Below are positions 15,292-32,180 of a DNA stretch of 64,000 nucleotides, piece by piece. Position numbers and translations under genes: made by a program. How positions within the stretch are numbered: position 1 is the stretch's first letter; each line of letters starts with the position of its first letter. The stretch is taken from positions 43,834,001 through 43,898,000 of the forward strand of contig OZ024750.1 in the NCBI GenBank assembly GCA_964016885.1, given 5' to 3'. The stretch is from Eledone cirrhosa (Eukaryota). The notes beneath the pieces are model-generated. The model made no database searches, was not told the DNA's origin, and worked only from the letters and a program-made list of their open reading frames with translations.

Positions 15292-15338
15292 TTTTGTATT
15301 TGTCCCCTTATTTTGTGCCCCTGTGGCTAATAAAGAAA
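15292..15338 (+). mobile_element. Tx1-like extreme 3' end in (TATC)n
   Basis: TTTTGTGCCCCTGTGGCTAATAAAGAAA matches the 3' end at 3195-3221. Confidence 0.75.
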
Positions 15339-15524
15339 CATATCTATCTATCTATCTTTTTATCTATCTGTCCATCTGTCAGCCTGTCTGCCTGTCGATC
15401 TAATGTTATCTATTTATGTATATTTAGAAATATGTCTATGTTCGGACAATAAAACCAACTGACGATAGCAGCCCGAAGACAGACAAACAGACATACAGAC
15501 AGACATAGATAGATTTATAGATGT

Positions 15525-15715
15525 ATTTCTTTATTTGCCACAAGGGCGCACAAGAAAAAGGGACCAAAGAAGGACACATGCCGGGGATTTTACATACAAT
15601 CTTGTAAAAATATTGAAACAAACAAATTTAACATTCGAAATCCCCAATAGGGGGGAGGCGCCACAAATGGGATGTTTAATACCCCGTCGATAGAACAACC
15701 CTCAACTTCAGGAGC
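15525..15715 (-). mobile_element. Tx1-like 3' UTR fragment
   Basis: Reverse complement GCTCCTGAAG..GGGTTG..CCCTATTGGGGATTTCG..GTGGCAAATAAAGAAA parallels 3035-3221. Confidence 0.75.
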
Positions 15716-15925
15716 GTGTTATTAGATAATAGATAGTGAGAAAAAATTCATCGTAAGTTAGTGATTAAAGTAAATATGGAAGCAAATTAATATTTAAATG
15801 AATAAAAAATGAGTGACAAGTGGAAAATTGAGGATTCAAGTATCTTTAAATAGAATGTTGTAATCACGGAATAAATACAATATTCTTTACTATAGAGCCC
15901 GAAAATTGTCTCAGCTACTATGCTA

Positions 15926-15988
<63 letters not shown>

Positions 15989-16134
15989 TATAAACATACA
16001 CACATATATATAATGATACATATCATGTGTGTATATATATATAGTAATAATAATAAATTTGAAGACTAAAATCCAAAGAGGGCTCGATAAGGATAAATAT
16101 ATATCAAATATATAAGAACCGTAGAGAAAATATT

Positions 16135-16383
16135 TATTAAAATAACAGATTAAAGTTTAAGCAAAGAATCGCTGCTTTCACCCTTAACGGGATCTTCTGA
16201 AACTAACAAAGTGAATCTGTGAACGCAGAAGTGAATATTTCAAAAAACGTTGCAACCGGAGGAAGACAGGAAGACGATACTTTTGTTCGTGGAAACGTTC
16301 CCTGGCAAAAAACAGGAAAACACGAATAGAAAACGTCATTATTTGGAGCGGTGAAAAACAATTACACGCAAAGACAAAACCAC

Positions 16384-16385
<2 letters not shown>
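16135..16385 (+). repeat. Unclassified dispersed repeat, inverted copy at 58795-59040
   Basis: TAAAGTTTAAGCAAAGAATCGCTGCTTTCACCCTTAACGGGAT...GGAAACGTTCCCTGGCAAA shared; both copies abut (TA)n. Confidence 0.8.
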
Positions 16386-16446
<61 letters not shown>

Positions 16447-16664
16447 ATAGCGCTGGAGCCACTTTTTTAACATAAAAACAGGTAGAATTCCCAAAACTAA
16501 TCAGATCAGAGCAAACAACACGGACGCTCTATCTCAAAATTATTTTTGAAAAGCATTTAGAAATGCGCAACCGTAAAACTTAAAACCAAAACTGAATACT
16601 CATTTATTCCTAATTAAACTATTTTTCACTGTGAACAATTTGTCAGCATTTTCAATTCCGTTTA

Positions 16665-16738
<74 letters not shown>

Positions 16739-16941
16739 TACATGAATGGATCTGTTTTTTTCTCAAAAAAAATTTGTTACGATCCTCATACTTTCTAAAT
16801 TCTCATTCTTTCTTCTGATGCAAGACTAGCGTCCGAAACAAAAAGACACTATTTCTGCTATTTCAAGCGTTAAACTAATATATTCTTTCCTTATACTGTA
16901 CCGTTTGTGTTGTTATTTCTGTTTTACATACATACATACAT

Positions 16942-16984
<43 letters not shown>

Positions 16985-17464
16985 ATAAATATATATATAT
17001 GTGTGTGTGTATGTGTAAATTTACGAATATGTAAAGATATTTAATGCGTATAATGACTTCTACATGCGCGTGCGTGCATGTGTGTGTGTGTGTGTGGTGG
17101 TATATATGGCGCGTCTCTTATTTGGCATCAGTTTGCAAAAATGAGAGTAAAATAAATTTATGAAAAATGTAAATAAAGAGGAAATGAACATGATACAGAT
17201 CTATAGAAGATATATTCAAAAATCTGGTTGATATACCGCCAAAGGCGACGAGATTTCTTTTGTAGTTGTACATTTATTTATATATGCCGACATTGAGGTA
17301 TCACATTTCATTGGTAATGCCAGGTAAATACTGTCGCAATGTGCATACCTTCTAATTGGTCATTTGCGGATATTCAGAATTCACTTCCGCTTATAAACAA
17401 ACCCGGAAGCTACATTGCAAAGACGGTCCTCTGTCAATGTTCTACAAACGTGGCCGTCTTTCTC

Positions 17465-19830
<2,366 letters not shown>

Positions 19831-20439
19831 AATGAGAGCTAGACAGATATATAGATATGTCTATGTGTTTGTGTCTACATTATATGTGAATCTATATAGT
19901 TACAAGCCTAGGTCGCTGTGGACTACCATTTTCAACACAAATTAATCTCATTGTTTGAAGCTAAATTGCCATCAGCGTATATTAGGATAAGAAACCTTCT
20001 TTGATAACAATATTTACATTTTTGAAATATATATATATATATATATATATGTAAGTAGAAACCAACTGACGCATTAATACCTACACATAAACACATTCAT
20101 ATACACAAACATGTATATATAACGTACGTGTGATTATATATATATGTGTATATATATGTGTATATGTATATATATATATGTAAATAGAAACCAACTGACG
20201 CATTAATACCTAGACATAAACACATTCATATACACAAACATGTATATATATCGTACGTGTGATTATATATATGTATATATATATGTGTAAATATATGTAT
20301 ACAAATGGTATATGTAAATTTAAATATTCTATTATCCTTCCTTCATTCTTCTCTCATATGACTGCGCCCAGGCTGGGGAACTCCCCAGTGTGTCAATCTT
20401 ATATCTATTTCATCGTCTTATATTCTAGTGATTCAGTGA

Positions 20440-20501
<62 letters not shown>

Positions 20502-20607
20502 GTCATATACTGTACTATATGTAGTGAGTTTACTAAACCGATTCGCTGGAACTGCATAAATAGTGCAATGTTAGCGATTTATTTCAGTTATTTTCTGCGT
20601 TAAATAA

Positions 20608-20792
20608 CTGTCTCTACTTTAGGTACAAGGCCAGCAAATACCCAGTGCATTACTGGTACTTCATTTTATCGATCCCGTAAGGATGAAAGGCAAAGTCAAC
20701 CTCGGCGGGATTTGAACTCAGATCGTAAAGGGACGTAACTATGCTGGAAAGCATGGCGTCTGACACTCTACTGATACTGCCAATCCACCGCC
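20608..20792 (-). mobile_element. SINE (main family) with 18-bp TSD
   Basis: Full SINE; TTTTCTGCGTTAAATAAC on both sides. Confidence 0.9.
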
Positions 20793-21019
20793 TTTTTCTG
20801 CGTTAAATAACCTTATCTTTGCTGTATTTGTGGTAGAGTAAATGTTAAACTTTTATTGTTTTCGCAACATATCGCAGCCATTATTGTATTGTGACAATTG
20901 TAAACAAATGTATATTTCCTTTATTCAGAGGTCATAAAAAATGCAGTTCCATGATCGAGGTATATCATTCAATTTGGTTGATTAAATATAATTTATACCG
21001 TATACAGTTTAAAATGTCA

Positions 21020-21700
21020 GGTCACTCTCGAGTGCTACTGGTAGCATGTAACCCAGTACAACTTGTCGCATTCGGGTCGTTGTCGACTAAACCGGCAACC
21101 CCACCAAGTTTACTTGGTGAGGAAGGTGATGTTGGTCATCCTGCAGGACAAAACACAAAACCTGACAAAGGGCAGAAGAACTCATGAGTCAACGGCCATC
21201 TAAAAAAAAAAAAAAAAAATACTGCCAACTCAATGGGTGGCAGAAGTTCCAACTGCACACATCGAAAGACTGGTGTAGTGGTTCTGAGAACAATGCGGCT
21301 TTGCAGATGATTAATTCAAATTGCCAATGGAAAGGCGCTCCCGCTCGAGTTAGAAGAGAACTATTGACCTTCAGGAGAAGCAGCGACCCCTGATTGTATT
21401 CAGCAACCGAAACAAACATGAACTACACCAAATTCAATGCTCCTAGGGGCGGCCCTAGTTCTTCTTGTCCTCACCGCACTGCAAAGTCTATACAAAATCA
21501 TGAATGTGCCCTCCCAAAGTCGAAAGGAAAGTTAGTACAGGATGGCAGTAGGGCAAAGAGCAGACTGTTGAGCTGCAAACTGTATACTAATGTAGCAACT
21601 ATAAACCTAAGAACTTTACGCATAGAAAGCAAGCGCAACGACTTAGTGAACAACTGCAGAACTCATACAGTCCCAATATTGTAGGCCGCAAAATCTACAA
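21020..21700 (+). mobile_element. RTE-group LINE 5' fragment (UTR + APE N-terminus)
   Basis: ORF 21394..21684 contains VATINLRTL, an APE motif I-like sequence; ends in a stop. Confidence 0.55.
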
Positions 21701-21749
21701 AACTCGTATACTGTGGAGATATTTACGTGACAGAGAGAGAGTAACATCT

Positions 21750-22030
21750 GGATTCAACAGCTGGAGTGAAGGACATAATCGGGATCATTAAGAAGGGTAA
21801 TCATAGATGGGCAGACCAGGTCTCTCATTTCAGAGACAACAGGTGAACTATTAAAGCGACAGTGTGGGTAGCAAGGTAGTAGAGAAGAACCAGAGCGTGG
21901 CAAAAAGGCAAGATGCGAAGATCTGACCCGATACCTCGGCCCCACATGACCTAATATTCCCAGAGATAGGAAGCGTGGATGGTCAACCAGGGAGTGGTTT
22001 CCGCAACAGGAGTGAGAACACCCTGGAATT
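21750..22030 (+). mobile_element. Decayed RTE LINE 3' fragment
   Basis: Translates as GVKDIIGIIKK..RWADQVS..RDNR*T....W..R..RR.R, like the RTE C-terminus. Confidence 0.55.
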
Positions 22031-22502
22031 TTGATAAAGGATACCATAGAACATAGACTGCATTATAACCCTAGAATATCTATCGTTTATGAAATGTAGT
22101 GTATATAGCTGGAAATAAGATAGCTAGGCTAATGAATTATAGCACAAATGAAAACAATGCTAATAGAATTTGTAAGAGAATAGAGCGTAAATTAGTGGAT
22201 AAGAAGGAAACTGTTTGCAAGGGCAGCAAATAGGATTTATAAACGCAGGAAGAGAAAGCGTAGAAAATTAAAAGTAATTAGAATGTTGCGAGATAGTTAC
22301 AAACTGTGAAACTGGTGATAGTTAGATGGTGATGAACATAAAATACCAGTTAACATGGAATTATTTATGTGGTCTCCCTAAGTGCTGAAAATAGTAGCCA
22401 ATTCCTTCTTAAATTTTACTCTAATTTACAGATTAAACGCGGCCGTATATATATACGGTAACAGATGCACTTCCAATACTCCGTGATTCCCTACCATCAG
22501 AC

Positions 22503-22917
22503 AATAATAATTGTTTCTACTTTTGGCACAAGGCCATCAATACCCAGTACATTACTGGTACTTTATTTTATCGACCCCATAAGGATGAAAGGCAAAGTTA
22601 ACCTCGGCGGGATTTCAACTAAAACCGTAAGGGGCCGTAACTCTATGCTGCAAAGCATGTTGTCCGACGCTCCACCGATACTGCCAAAACACCGATACTG
22701 ATTTCTACTATAGGCTCAAGGCCAGCAATTTTAAGGGGAGGAGGAAATCGGTCAAATCGACCCCAGTAGATTACTGGGGCTTAATGTTAACGACCCCGTA
22801 AGGATGAAAGGCAAAGCTAACCTCGGCGGGATTTGAACTCAGATCGTAAAGGGCCATAACTCTATACTGCAAAGCATGGTGTCTAACGCTCTATCGATTC
22901 TGTTAATCCACCACCCG
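22503..22917 (-). mobile_element. Two tandem SINE copies
   Basis: Reverse-complement SINE bodies at about 22506-22695 and 22700-22915. Confidence 0.88.
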
Positions 22918-22937
22918 AATAATAATAATAATAATAA

Positions 22938-24897
22938 GGGTAGATTATAAAAAAGCATTCGATAGTTTGCCACACAGTTGGATTGAAAAATGTTTAGAGA
23001 TTTTCAAAATATCTCCCGTTGTCAGAGGTTCTTGTCATTCAGTATGAAGACATGGAAAACGACCAAAAATCACTGGAAGCTGGAGAAGGTAATATTAATT
23101 GTGGAATTTTTCAGGGTGACTCTTTATCACCGCTTTTATTCTGCATCGCACTTATACCATTAAGTAAAATGCTCAATGAAACAAAACATGGATATAAAGT
23201 CTATGACAAAATCATTAATCACTTGTTCTACATGGATGACCTGAAACTATTTGCAAAAAATGATGAACAATTGCAAGGGCTATTATCCACTGTGGAGCAG
23301 TTCAGTGATGACATTAAAATGGAGTTTGGACTAGATAAATGAGCCAAAGCAACGTTCACCAGAGGAAAGCTGCTGAAAAGTTCAGACATTAATCTTGATC
23401 GGGGGAATGTGATAAGAGAACTTGATCAAGAGGAAACTTACAAATGTGTTTGTGAAGGAGATGGAATCAAGCACTCGACAATGAGGGAAAGGATAAGGAA
23501 GGAATGTTACCGCAGAGTAAGAGCAATCTTAAGAACGGAATTGAATGCAAGGAGTAGGATCGATGCCATAAACACGCTTGCCATACCAGAAGTAACCTAC
23601 AGTTACAATGTCAGCAACTCGTCAAGCACAGAGATACGTAGGCTCGATACAAAAATTAGACAATGCTTAACCATGCACAGAATGCATCACCCTAAGGCAG
23701 ATACAGATAGAATATATCTCCCTACGAAAGAAGGAGGACGTGGGTTAATCCAGTTAGATATTGCGTTGAAAACTGCAACAATTGGATTATCTACATACCT
23801 AAGGCAATCACATGATTGGATGATCAAACTCGTTTTGAAACACGAAAGCATCAAAAGATCATACTCCATTACAAAAGATGCACAAAGATACAGTAATAGA
23901 CTACAAATTTCATTTACTGCTGAAATGGAAAACACAGAAAATCAAAGCAGGTAAAAGTAACTGCAAAGAAAGAACTGCTACAGAAACTGGCTAAGAAATG
24001 GCAAGAAAAGCCTCTGTATGGAAAATACCCAGAAAGAGCTAACAATCCTGATGTTGATAAAACATTAACCCATCAGTGGTTGGCATCCTCTGGACTGAAA
24101 TCGGAGACTGAAGGACTGATTATATCAGCACAAGATCAGTGTCTGCCAACAAAAAATTACCAAGCCAACATAATAAAAAATGGATGCAGCGCATTATGCC
24201 GTGTATGTAAAAAACAACCAGAGACCATTGATCATATAATTTCAATGTGCAGTCCTACAGCTCCAACCGAATACCTAAACAGGCATGACAGAGCTGCACA
24301 ATACATACATTGGATAATGTGTAAGCATTTTGACCTGCTCGATCAAAAGAATTGGTGGGAGCATCAACCACCTCCCATACTTGAAAAAGATCACATCTCA
24401 ATCTTGTGGAACTTTAGCATCCAAACAGACCGGAAAATAGATGCAAATAGACCTGATATAATACTGAAGGACTTTAAAAAGAGGGTATGCCTGCTAATTG
24501 ATATGTCTGTTCCAATAGACAAGAATGTATCCATAAAAACATTTGAAAAATTGAGCAAGTATAAGGACCTGGAGATAGAAATTGGAAAAATGTGGAAATT
24601 GAGAACTAAAACAATACCAGTGGTTGTAGGCGCTCTAGGCATGATACCTAAGGGGTCTAATGATTACTTATCGCAAAGTAATCGTATAGGAGAAATACAA
24701 AGATAGTACTAATGGGAACTGTCCATATACTAAGGAAGATTCTGTCAATATAAGTACATCACAAGTCTAAACACCTAAAGATGCATGTGTGTGTATGTAT
24801 GTTCTTTCTTGAACATGGCGGACCTTGTTGTCTTTTTAGGTCACTGGTTGTGACTTGGTGATAACTTGTATGAACATAAAGCAAGATAAATGCAACT
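22938..24897 (+). pseudogene. 5'-truncated R4/Dong-like non-LTR retrotransposon (RT + CCHC + restriction-like endonuclease), decayed
   Basis: DYKKAFDSLPH, GIFQGDSLSPLLF, YMDDLK, CRVC..ETIDHIISMC, RHD, NRPDII..LIDMSVP, EKLSKY; several stops and frameshifts; (TAA)n on both flanks. Confidence 0.88.
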
Positions 24898-25354
24898 ATA
24901 ATAATAATAATAATAATTGGGGATCTTTGAGCTAGATCATATTTTGCTCGCAGAAATGAAAGAAAAATTTAAAGCAAAGGTTCTCGACCCATTTCGGCCA
25001 AATGCCCCCTTTTGTCCCTCGAAATCACGAAACGCTCCCCTACTTTTCTATTTTTCAATATACTACTGATTTTGATATCAGTAGATTACTGGGCCAAATC
25101 AAGTTATGTTAGAATCTTTAAAAAAGACTCGCACGAATTAAATACAAAAAATTTTCAGTCCAAAACGAAAGCAAGCTATTTCAAATTATATATTTCTGAA
25201 AAAAAAAAAAAATTTGATCTCAGTCGAAAAAGCTTTTTTTAATTTAAATTCTATATTTCACTGTTAGTTGTAAAATTTTGAGTGGATAGACAATTCTACA
25301 ATTCAAACTGTAAAGTCAAAATACAAAAGATGCAAAATATGAAGAATTTCTTAC

Positions 25355-25490
25355 CTTTCTCTGAAATCATAAATTCAGGGGAAAAATAGTACATTGCAAA
25401 ATAAAATACCTCGTAGCAAAATAAAATACTTAGTAGCAACGAATGAATTGAGAAGCTTGGAGACAGTGAGAAAGCCATATCTGTATCCCT
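25355..25490 (-). other. Candidate coding exon with hydrophobic N-terminus
   Basis: ATG at 25478, MAFSLSPSFSIHSLLLSILFCYEVFYFAMYYFSPEFMISEK, strong AAG|GTAAGA donor; no recognised homology. Confidence 0.25.
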
Positions 25491-25540
25491 TATATATATA
25501 TACATAGATAGATACACACATACACATAAATGCGCATGCA

Positions 25541-25588
<48 letters not shown>

Positions 25589-25721
25589 TGTGTGTGTGCC
25601 TTGGTTTTGGTACAGAAAGAATTTGTCTCCAGTTTTTATTGCCAGGTCAAAGGCCACTGCTCACTTCAACAATGCCAAATAACGCCATATATATATATAT
25701 TTAAATGAAGAGAGAAAGTGG

Positions 25722-25952
25722 GAAGGATGAAAGGCAAAGAGGTAAGGATGAAAGGCAAAGTTAACCTCGGCGGGATTTGAACTCAAAATGGTAAGGGCCG
25801 TAACTCTATGCGTCAAAGCATGGTGTCCGACCCTCTACCGATACTGCCAATCCACCACCCTTTAATAATAATAATAATTGTTTCTACTTTAATCACAAGG
25901 CCAGTAATTTGAAGCATGGTGTCCGACGTTCTACCGATACTGCTAATCCATC
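25722..25952 (-). mobile_element. Two partial SINE copies
   Basis: Reverse-complement SINE head and body segments. Confidence 0.8.
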
Positions 25953-25969
25953 AAAATAATATTAATGAC

Positions 25970-27045
25970 TTCTTTTATTGGCCTCAGTGGCCCTAGATAT
26001 TGGGGCCAATACACGGAGTGGGGTTAGCACCAAGTAAAGAAGTGAGGACATCACCGAAGAGGAAATAGTATAAATAACAATAAGAGAAATTGTAATAAAT
26101 AGACATAAAAATATAAAACAATAACAAAGGTCAACAAGGACAGGGTCGCCAATGGTCGGGTTGGCTTCATTTTAGGATAATTCCAGGGATAATGCCATAC
26201 TAAACTCCAGCTTACTCTGTTACCTCACCAACATTGAAAGTACCCTCTCCCGTTTTATTTCTTATTTAGAGAAGCATAGTGTCTTGAAGCCCATTCAGCC
26301 CTGTCAATCTACCTGCTCTCACTTATATTTCATAAAACACACCAGAGCCATCCCCTCCATCTCTATTCTCACCTTCGACTTCAAGTAGATATTGAAGAAG
26401 TTGATGAGAACTTAGATGGAGAAGAGGATTCCTGTCCGCATTCGTTTTAGTCAAGTCCACCATATAGTTTCCTTTGCCATAGCTACCTGGCATAAAAAGA
26501 CTTGCTCTCTCTCGTTTCTAAAAGAAAGGCGCTGGTTCAATTTTCTCTATAGATCTGGCTGATAGTCGGATGTGTCTAAATCGTGATAGCAGTGGTGCGA
26601 CACAAGCCCACAATTCTTTAATGCACGATGTTTTCCTTACTTTGTGTGCATCTCGCCCAGGTCCAACTGTTGGCATTTTCGCGCCTGTAGAACTTGTCTC
26701 AAACTAGAAGAGCCCGTCTGTAGCACTGCCATGCCAAGGATAAGTCCATGATCACTAACCACCGAGGGGAAGTATCAGACTTTCCAATTTTGCCATATCG
26801 GTCCACGTTTAAAAGAAATCAGTAGAGGAAAACATGATTCTCCACCCTTTAGTCCCTTAGACCGTAGAGGAAAGTATGAGTCGACTGTCATCTCAACCTT
26901 GTCCACCATATAACCATCAGATAGAGAACAACTGCTCGCCTTTCTCTGTTAGAGAGTAGAGGTGTGAAATGCACATTGGACTCGGCCGATAGGGGAGCCT
27001 GTCCTACACGCGTCACGATCTCTACAGGTCCATCTGACAACATTT
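25970..27045 (-). pseudogene. Old Tx1-like LINE 3' fragment
   Basis: Reverse complement TCCTTGGCATGGCAGTGCTACAGACGGGCTCTT encodes SLAWQCYRRAL as in ORF 707..2986; ends GGCCAATAAAAGAA. Confidence 0.7.
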
Positions 27046-27479
27046 CCGTATACATAGAAATATAGAATGTATTTCGAACCAGTATCGCAGTTCTGTAGCA
27101 TTAACCTGGCCAATCATTTCTGGAAGTTATCTATAATCGTTCCTAACCCGAAATACTTCCGAAACAGAACTGATAGTCCATAGTGATAGATATCTAAAAC
27201 TACTGATAGTGACCCGCTACGAATGGATTTGACCAGATTTTACGATCTTATTTGAGATAGAGAAAAATATTAATAATTAGGATTTCTAAAATAACAGCAG
27301 AAATATGCGGTGTGATGACAATCGGTTTTAGCAGAGGTTCTCAAAGTGGGCGCTAATGCCCCCCCCCCCTGAGGGGTGTTGAGAAGGTCCAGCGATCGCT
27401 GGGGCCTTAGAGGGTGGTGGGTACGGTAGAGATGATATAGTACATTAGATATCAAGCGATAAATATTATATATAAATAA

Positions 27480-28272
27480 AATAATTGTTTCTACTTTAGG
27501 CACAAGGCCAGTAAAACACCAGTGCATTACTGGTACTTTTATTTTATCGACCCCGTAAGGATGAAAGGCAAAGTCAACCTCGGCGGGATTTGAACTCAGA
27601 TCGTAAAGGGACGTAACTATGCTGGAAAGCATGGCGTCCGACCCTCTACCGATACTGCCAATCCACCGCCCTTATAATAAAATAATATGTATAATTGTTT
27701 CTACATTTGGCACAAGGCGAGCTATTACCCAGTGCATTACTGGTACTTCTTTTATCGACCCCGTAAGGATGAAATGCAACGTTAACCTTGGCGTCATTTA
27801 AACTCAGAATTGAAAGGGCCGTAACTATGCGTCAAAGCATGGCGTCCGACCCTCTACCGTTACTTCCAAGCCACCATATAATTGTTTCTACTTTTGGAAC
27901 AAGGACAGCAATAACCCAGTACATTACTGGTACTTTATTTTATCGACCCCGTAAGGATGAAAGGCAAAGTCAACCTCGGCGGGATTTGAACTCAGACCGT
28001 AAAGGGACGTAACTATACTGGAAAGCATGGCGTCCGACACTCTACCGATACTGCCAATAATAATGATAATAATAATTATTATTATGGTGGATTGGCAGTA
28101 TCGGTAGAGGGTAGGAAATGCTTTGCAGCATAGAGTTACGTCCCTTTATGGTCTGAGTTCAAATCCCGCCGAGGTTGACTTTGCCTTTCATCCTTACGGA
28201 GTCGATAAAATAAAGTACCAGTAATGTACTGAGTTATTGCTGGCCTTGTTCCAAAAGTAGAAATAATTATTA
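27480..28272. mobile_element. SINE cluster: three minus-strand copies then one plus-strand copy
   Basis: About 27480-27672 -, 27690-27875 -, 27878-28057 -, 28085-28272 +. Confidence 0.88.
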
Positions 28273-28344
28273 TTTGATGATGATGATGATTTCTAAAGCT
28301 ATTTATGCAGTGTCTGTAGATGTCTGTTGATGTGTAGCCATGTG

Positions 28345-28816
28345 CCGTGTGTGTGTATGTGTGTATGTGTGTATGTGTGTATGTGTGAATGTGTGTATGT
28401 GTGTGTGTGTATGTGTGTATGTGTGTGTATGTGTGTGTGTATGTGTGTATGTGTGTATGTGTGTGTGTATGTGTGTATGTGCGTGTATATGTTTATGTGT
28501 GTATGTGTGTACATACATGTGTGTACATACATGTGTGTATGTGTGTATATATGTATATCTGTATCTGTAGGTGTGTGTACATACATGTGTGTGCTGTGTG
28601 TATGTATATATGTGTGTATGTATATATGTGTATGTATATGTGTACGTATATATGTGTACGAATATATGTGTACGTATATATGTGTACGTATATATGTGTA
28701 CGTATATATGTGTACGTATATGTGTACGTATATATGTGTATATATATATGTATATATGTGTATGTTTATATGTGTATGCATATGTATATATGTATATATA
28801 TATATATATGTATATG

Positions 28817-28847
<31 letters not shown>

Positions 28848-28937
28848 GTATATATGTATATATGTGTATATATATGTATATATAGGACTAATTTTATTCA
28901 TATGTAACCCATGTACAACCACGTAGCGCTCCATTTT

Positions 28938-28997
<60 letters not shown>

Positions 28998-29339
28998 GCA
29001 TATATATATATATATGTGTGTATGTAGTGGGGGGGGGGGGGTATGTGAGCTATGTCATATAGGGAGATTGAGTGAATAAAACGCCAAACTTTCTGTTCGA
29101 CATAGGACTGTGTAAAGAATGGTAGCACAAGAGTCCACAATAGCTTGATTAACCAATTGTATTCGATTTGTGGGTAAAATTCTTCAGTAGGTAATATTTT
29201 TTTTATTCAAAAAACTTTTAAAACGAAAGAAAGAGAAAAAATGTTCTATTCATGTCCTCTATTTTGTAGTTAATGTAGAAATAAGGACTTATTTTTAAAT
29301 GTAAAATTTTCTAATATATATATATATATATATTTATAT

Positions 29340-29386
<47 letters not shown>

Positions 29387-29393
29387 TATATAT

Positions 29394-29440
<47 letters not shown>

Positions 29441-29623
29441 TATATATATATACATATATATACACACACACATATATATATATATACATATATATACACA
29501 CACATATATATATATACATATATATACACACATATATATATATATATACACACACATATATATATATACATACACACATATATATATATATATATATATA
29601 CATACACATATATATATATACAT

Positions 29624-29657
<34 letters not shown>

Positions 29658-30275
29658 ACACACATATATATATATATACATACACACATATATATATATA
29701 CATATATATACACACACATATATATATATACATATATATACATATAAATACACACACATATATATATATATATACATATATATACACACACATATATATA
29801 TATATATACATATATATACACATATATATATATATATATATATACATATATATACACATATATATATATATATACATATACATACACACATATATATATA
29901 TACATATTTATATACACACATATATATACATATATATACACACACACATATATGTATATACATATATATACACACACACATATATATATATACATAAATA
30001 TACACACATACACAAACACATATATATATATATATACATGTATATACATACACACACACATATATATATACATATATATACACACACATACATATAAATA
30101 TATATATACACATATATATATATATACACACACATATACATATACAAACACACACATATATACACATATATATGCCACATATATATACACACATATATAT
30201 ATACAAACACACACATACACACACATATATATACACACACACACATAAACCCACACATATATACACACACACACG
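28345..30275. repeat. (TG)n/(TA)n/(CA)n microsatellite blocks
   Basis: Directly visible. Confidence 0.9.
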
Positions 30276-30317
30276 TGTTGTTGTTTATGATGTAGTTATT
30301 GTTCCTCCTACTTACTC

Positions 30318-32067
30318 CACAACACACCACACCAATACCACACCAGACCACACCAGACCACACCACACCACACCACACCACACCACACCACACCACACCA
30401 GACCACACCACACCAGACCACACCACACCACACCAGACCAGACCACACCACACCACACCACACCACACCACACCACACCAGACCACACCACACCACACCA
30501 CACCACACCAGACCACACCACACCACACCAGACCACACCACACCAGACCACACCACATCACACCACACCAATACCACTCAACACCACACCAATACCACAC
30601 CACACCACACCACACCAATACCACACCAATACCACACCACACCACACCACACCAATACCACTCAACACCACACCAATACCACACCACACCACACCACACC
30701 ACACCACACCACACCACACCAATACCACACCACACCACACCACACCATACCACACCACACCAATACCACACCACACCAGACCAGACCAGACCAGATCAGA
30801 CCACACCACACCACACTACTCCAGAACACACCACACCACACCGCACCACTCCAGACCACACCACACCAGACCAGACCACACAAATACCGCACTACTCCAC
30901 ACCAGACCAGACCAGACCAGACCAGACCAGACCAGACCAGATACCCCACGACAGACCAGACCAGACCACTCCACACCAGACCAGACCACTCCACACCAGA
31001 CCAGACCACTTCACACCAGACCACACCACACCACACCACACCACACCAGACCTGACCACTCCACACCAGACCAGACCACACCACACCAGACCAGACCACA
31101 CCAGACCACACCACACCAGACCAGACCACACCAGACCAATACCACACTATTCAACACCACATGACACCACACCACTCCACACCAGACCACACTACTCCAG
31201 ACCAGACCAGACCAGACCAGACCAGACCAGACCAGACCAGACCAGACCACACCACATCACACCACACTACTCCACACCACACCATACTACACTACACCAC
31301 ACCACACCACACTACTCCACACCACACCATACTACACTACACCACACCACACCACACTACCCCACACCTCACCAGACCACACCAGACCACACCACACCAC
31401 ACTACTCCACACCACACTACTCCACACCACACCACACCAATACCACTCTACTCCAGACCAGACCAGACGAGACCACACCACTCCACTCCACACCACTCCA
31501 CACCACACCACTCCACACTACTCCACACCACCCCAGACCAGACCACACCACACCAGACCACAACACACCAGACCACAACACACCACACCACACTACACTA
31601 CTCCACACCAGACCAGACCACTCCACACCAGACCACACTACACTACTCCACACCACATCATACAACACCACACCTGACCAGACCACACCACACCACACCA
31701 CACCACACCACACCAATACCACACTACTCCACACCACACCAGACCAGACCACACCACACAAGACCACACCACTCCACACCAGACCACACCACACCACACC
31801 ACACCACTCCACACCAGACCACACCACACCACACCACACTATACCACACCAATACCACACCACACCAGACCAGACCAGACCAGACCAAACCACACCACAC
31901 CAGACCACACCACACCACACCACACCACTCCACACCAGACCACACCACACCAATACCACACCAGACCACACCAGACCACACCACACTATACCACACCAAT
32001 ACCACACCACACCAGACCAGACCAGACCAGACCACACCACACCACACCAGACCACACCACTCCACAC
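30318..32067. repeat. (CACCA)n/(CAGAC)n pentanucleotide satellite, about 1.75 kb
   Basis: Directly visible; strongly strand-asymmetric. Confidence 0.97.
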
Positions 32068-32180
32068 CCCGTAAGGATGAAAGGCAAAGTTAATCTCGAC
32101 GGTATTTTAACTCAGACCGTAAAGGGACGTAACTCTGCTAGAAAGCATGGCGTCCAGCCCTCTACCGCTACTGCCAAATC
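32066..32180 (-). mobile_element. SINE 5' half, cut off by the pentamer array
   Basis: CCCCGTAAGGATGAAAGGCAAAG...CTGCCAA. Confidence 0.85.

Noticed and set aside
16805-16850. HHR-like CTGATGCAAGACTAGCGTCCGAAAC
   Set aside because: Core mismatch (CTGATGC) and no clear cleavage triplet; at best a dead relic.
17380-17412. Paired ETS-like motifs as a promoter
   Set aside because: Two short motifs with no other support.
20051-20270. Duplicated 90-bp segment
   Set aside because: Ordinary local tandem duplication between microsatellites.
30172-32093. Long HTTP/WCGVV ORFs
   Set aside because: Pentanucleotide satellite lacking stop codons.
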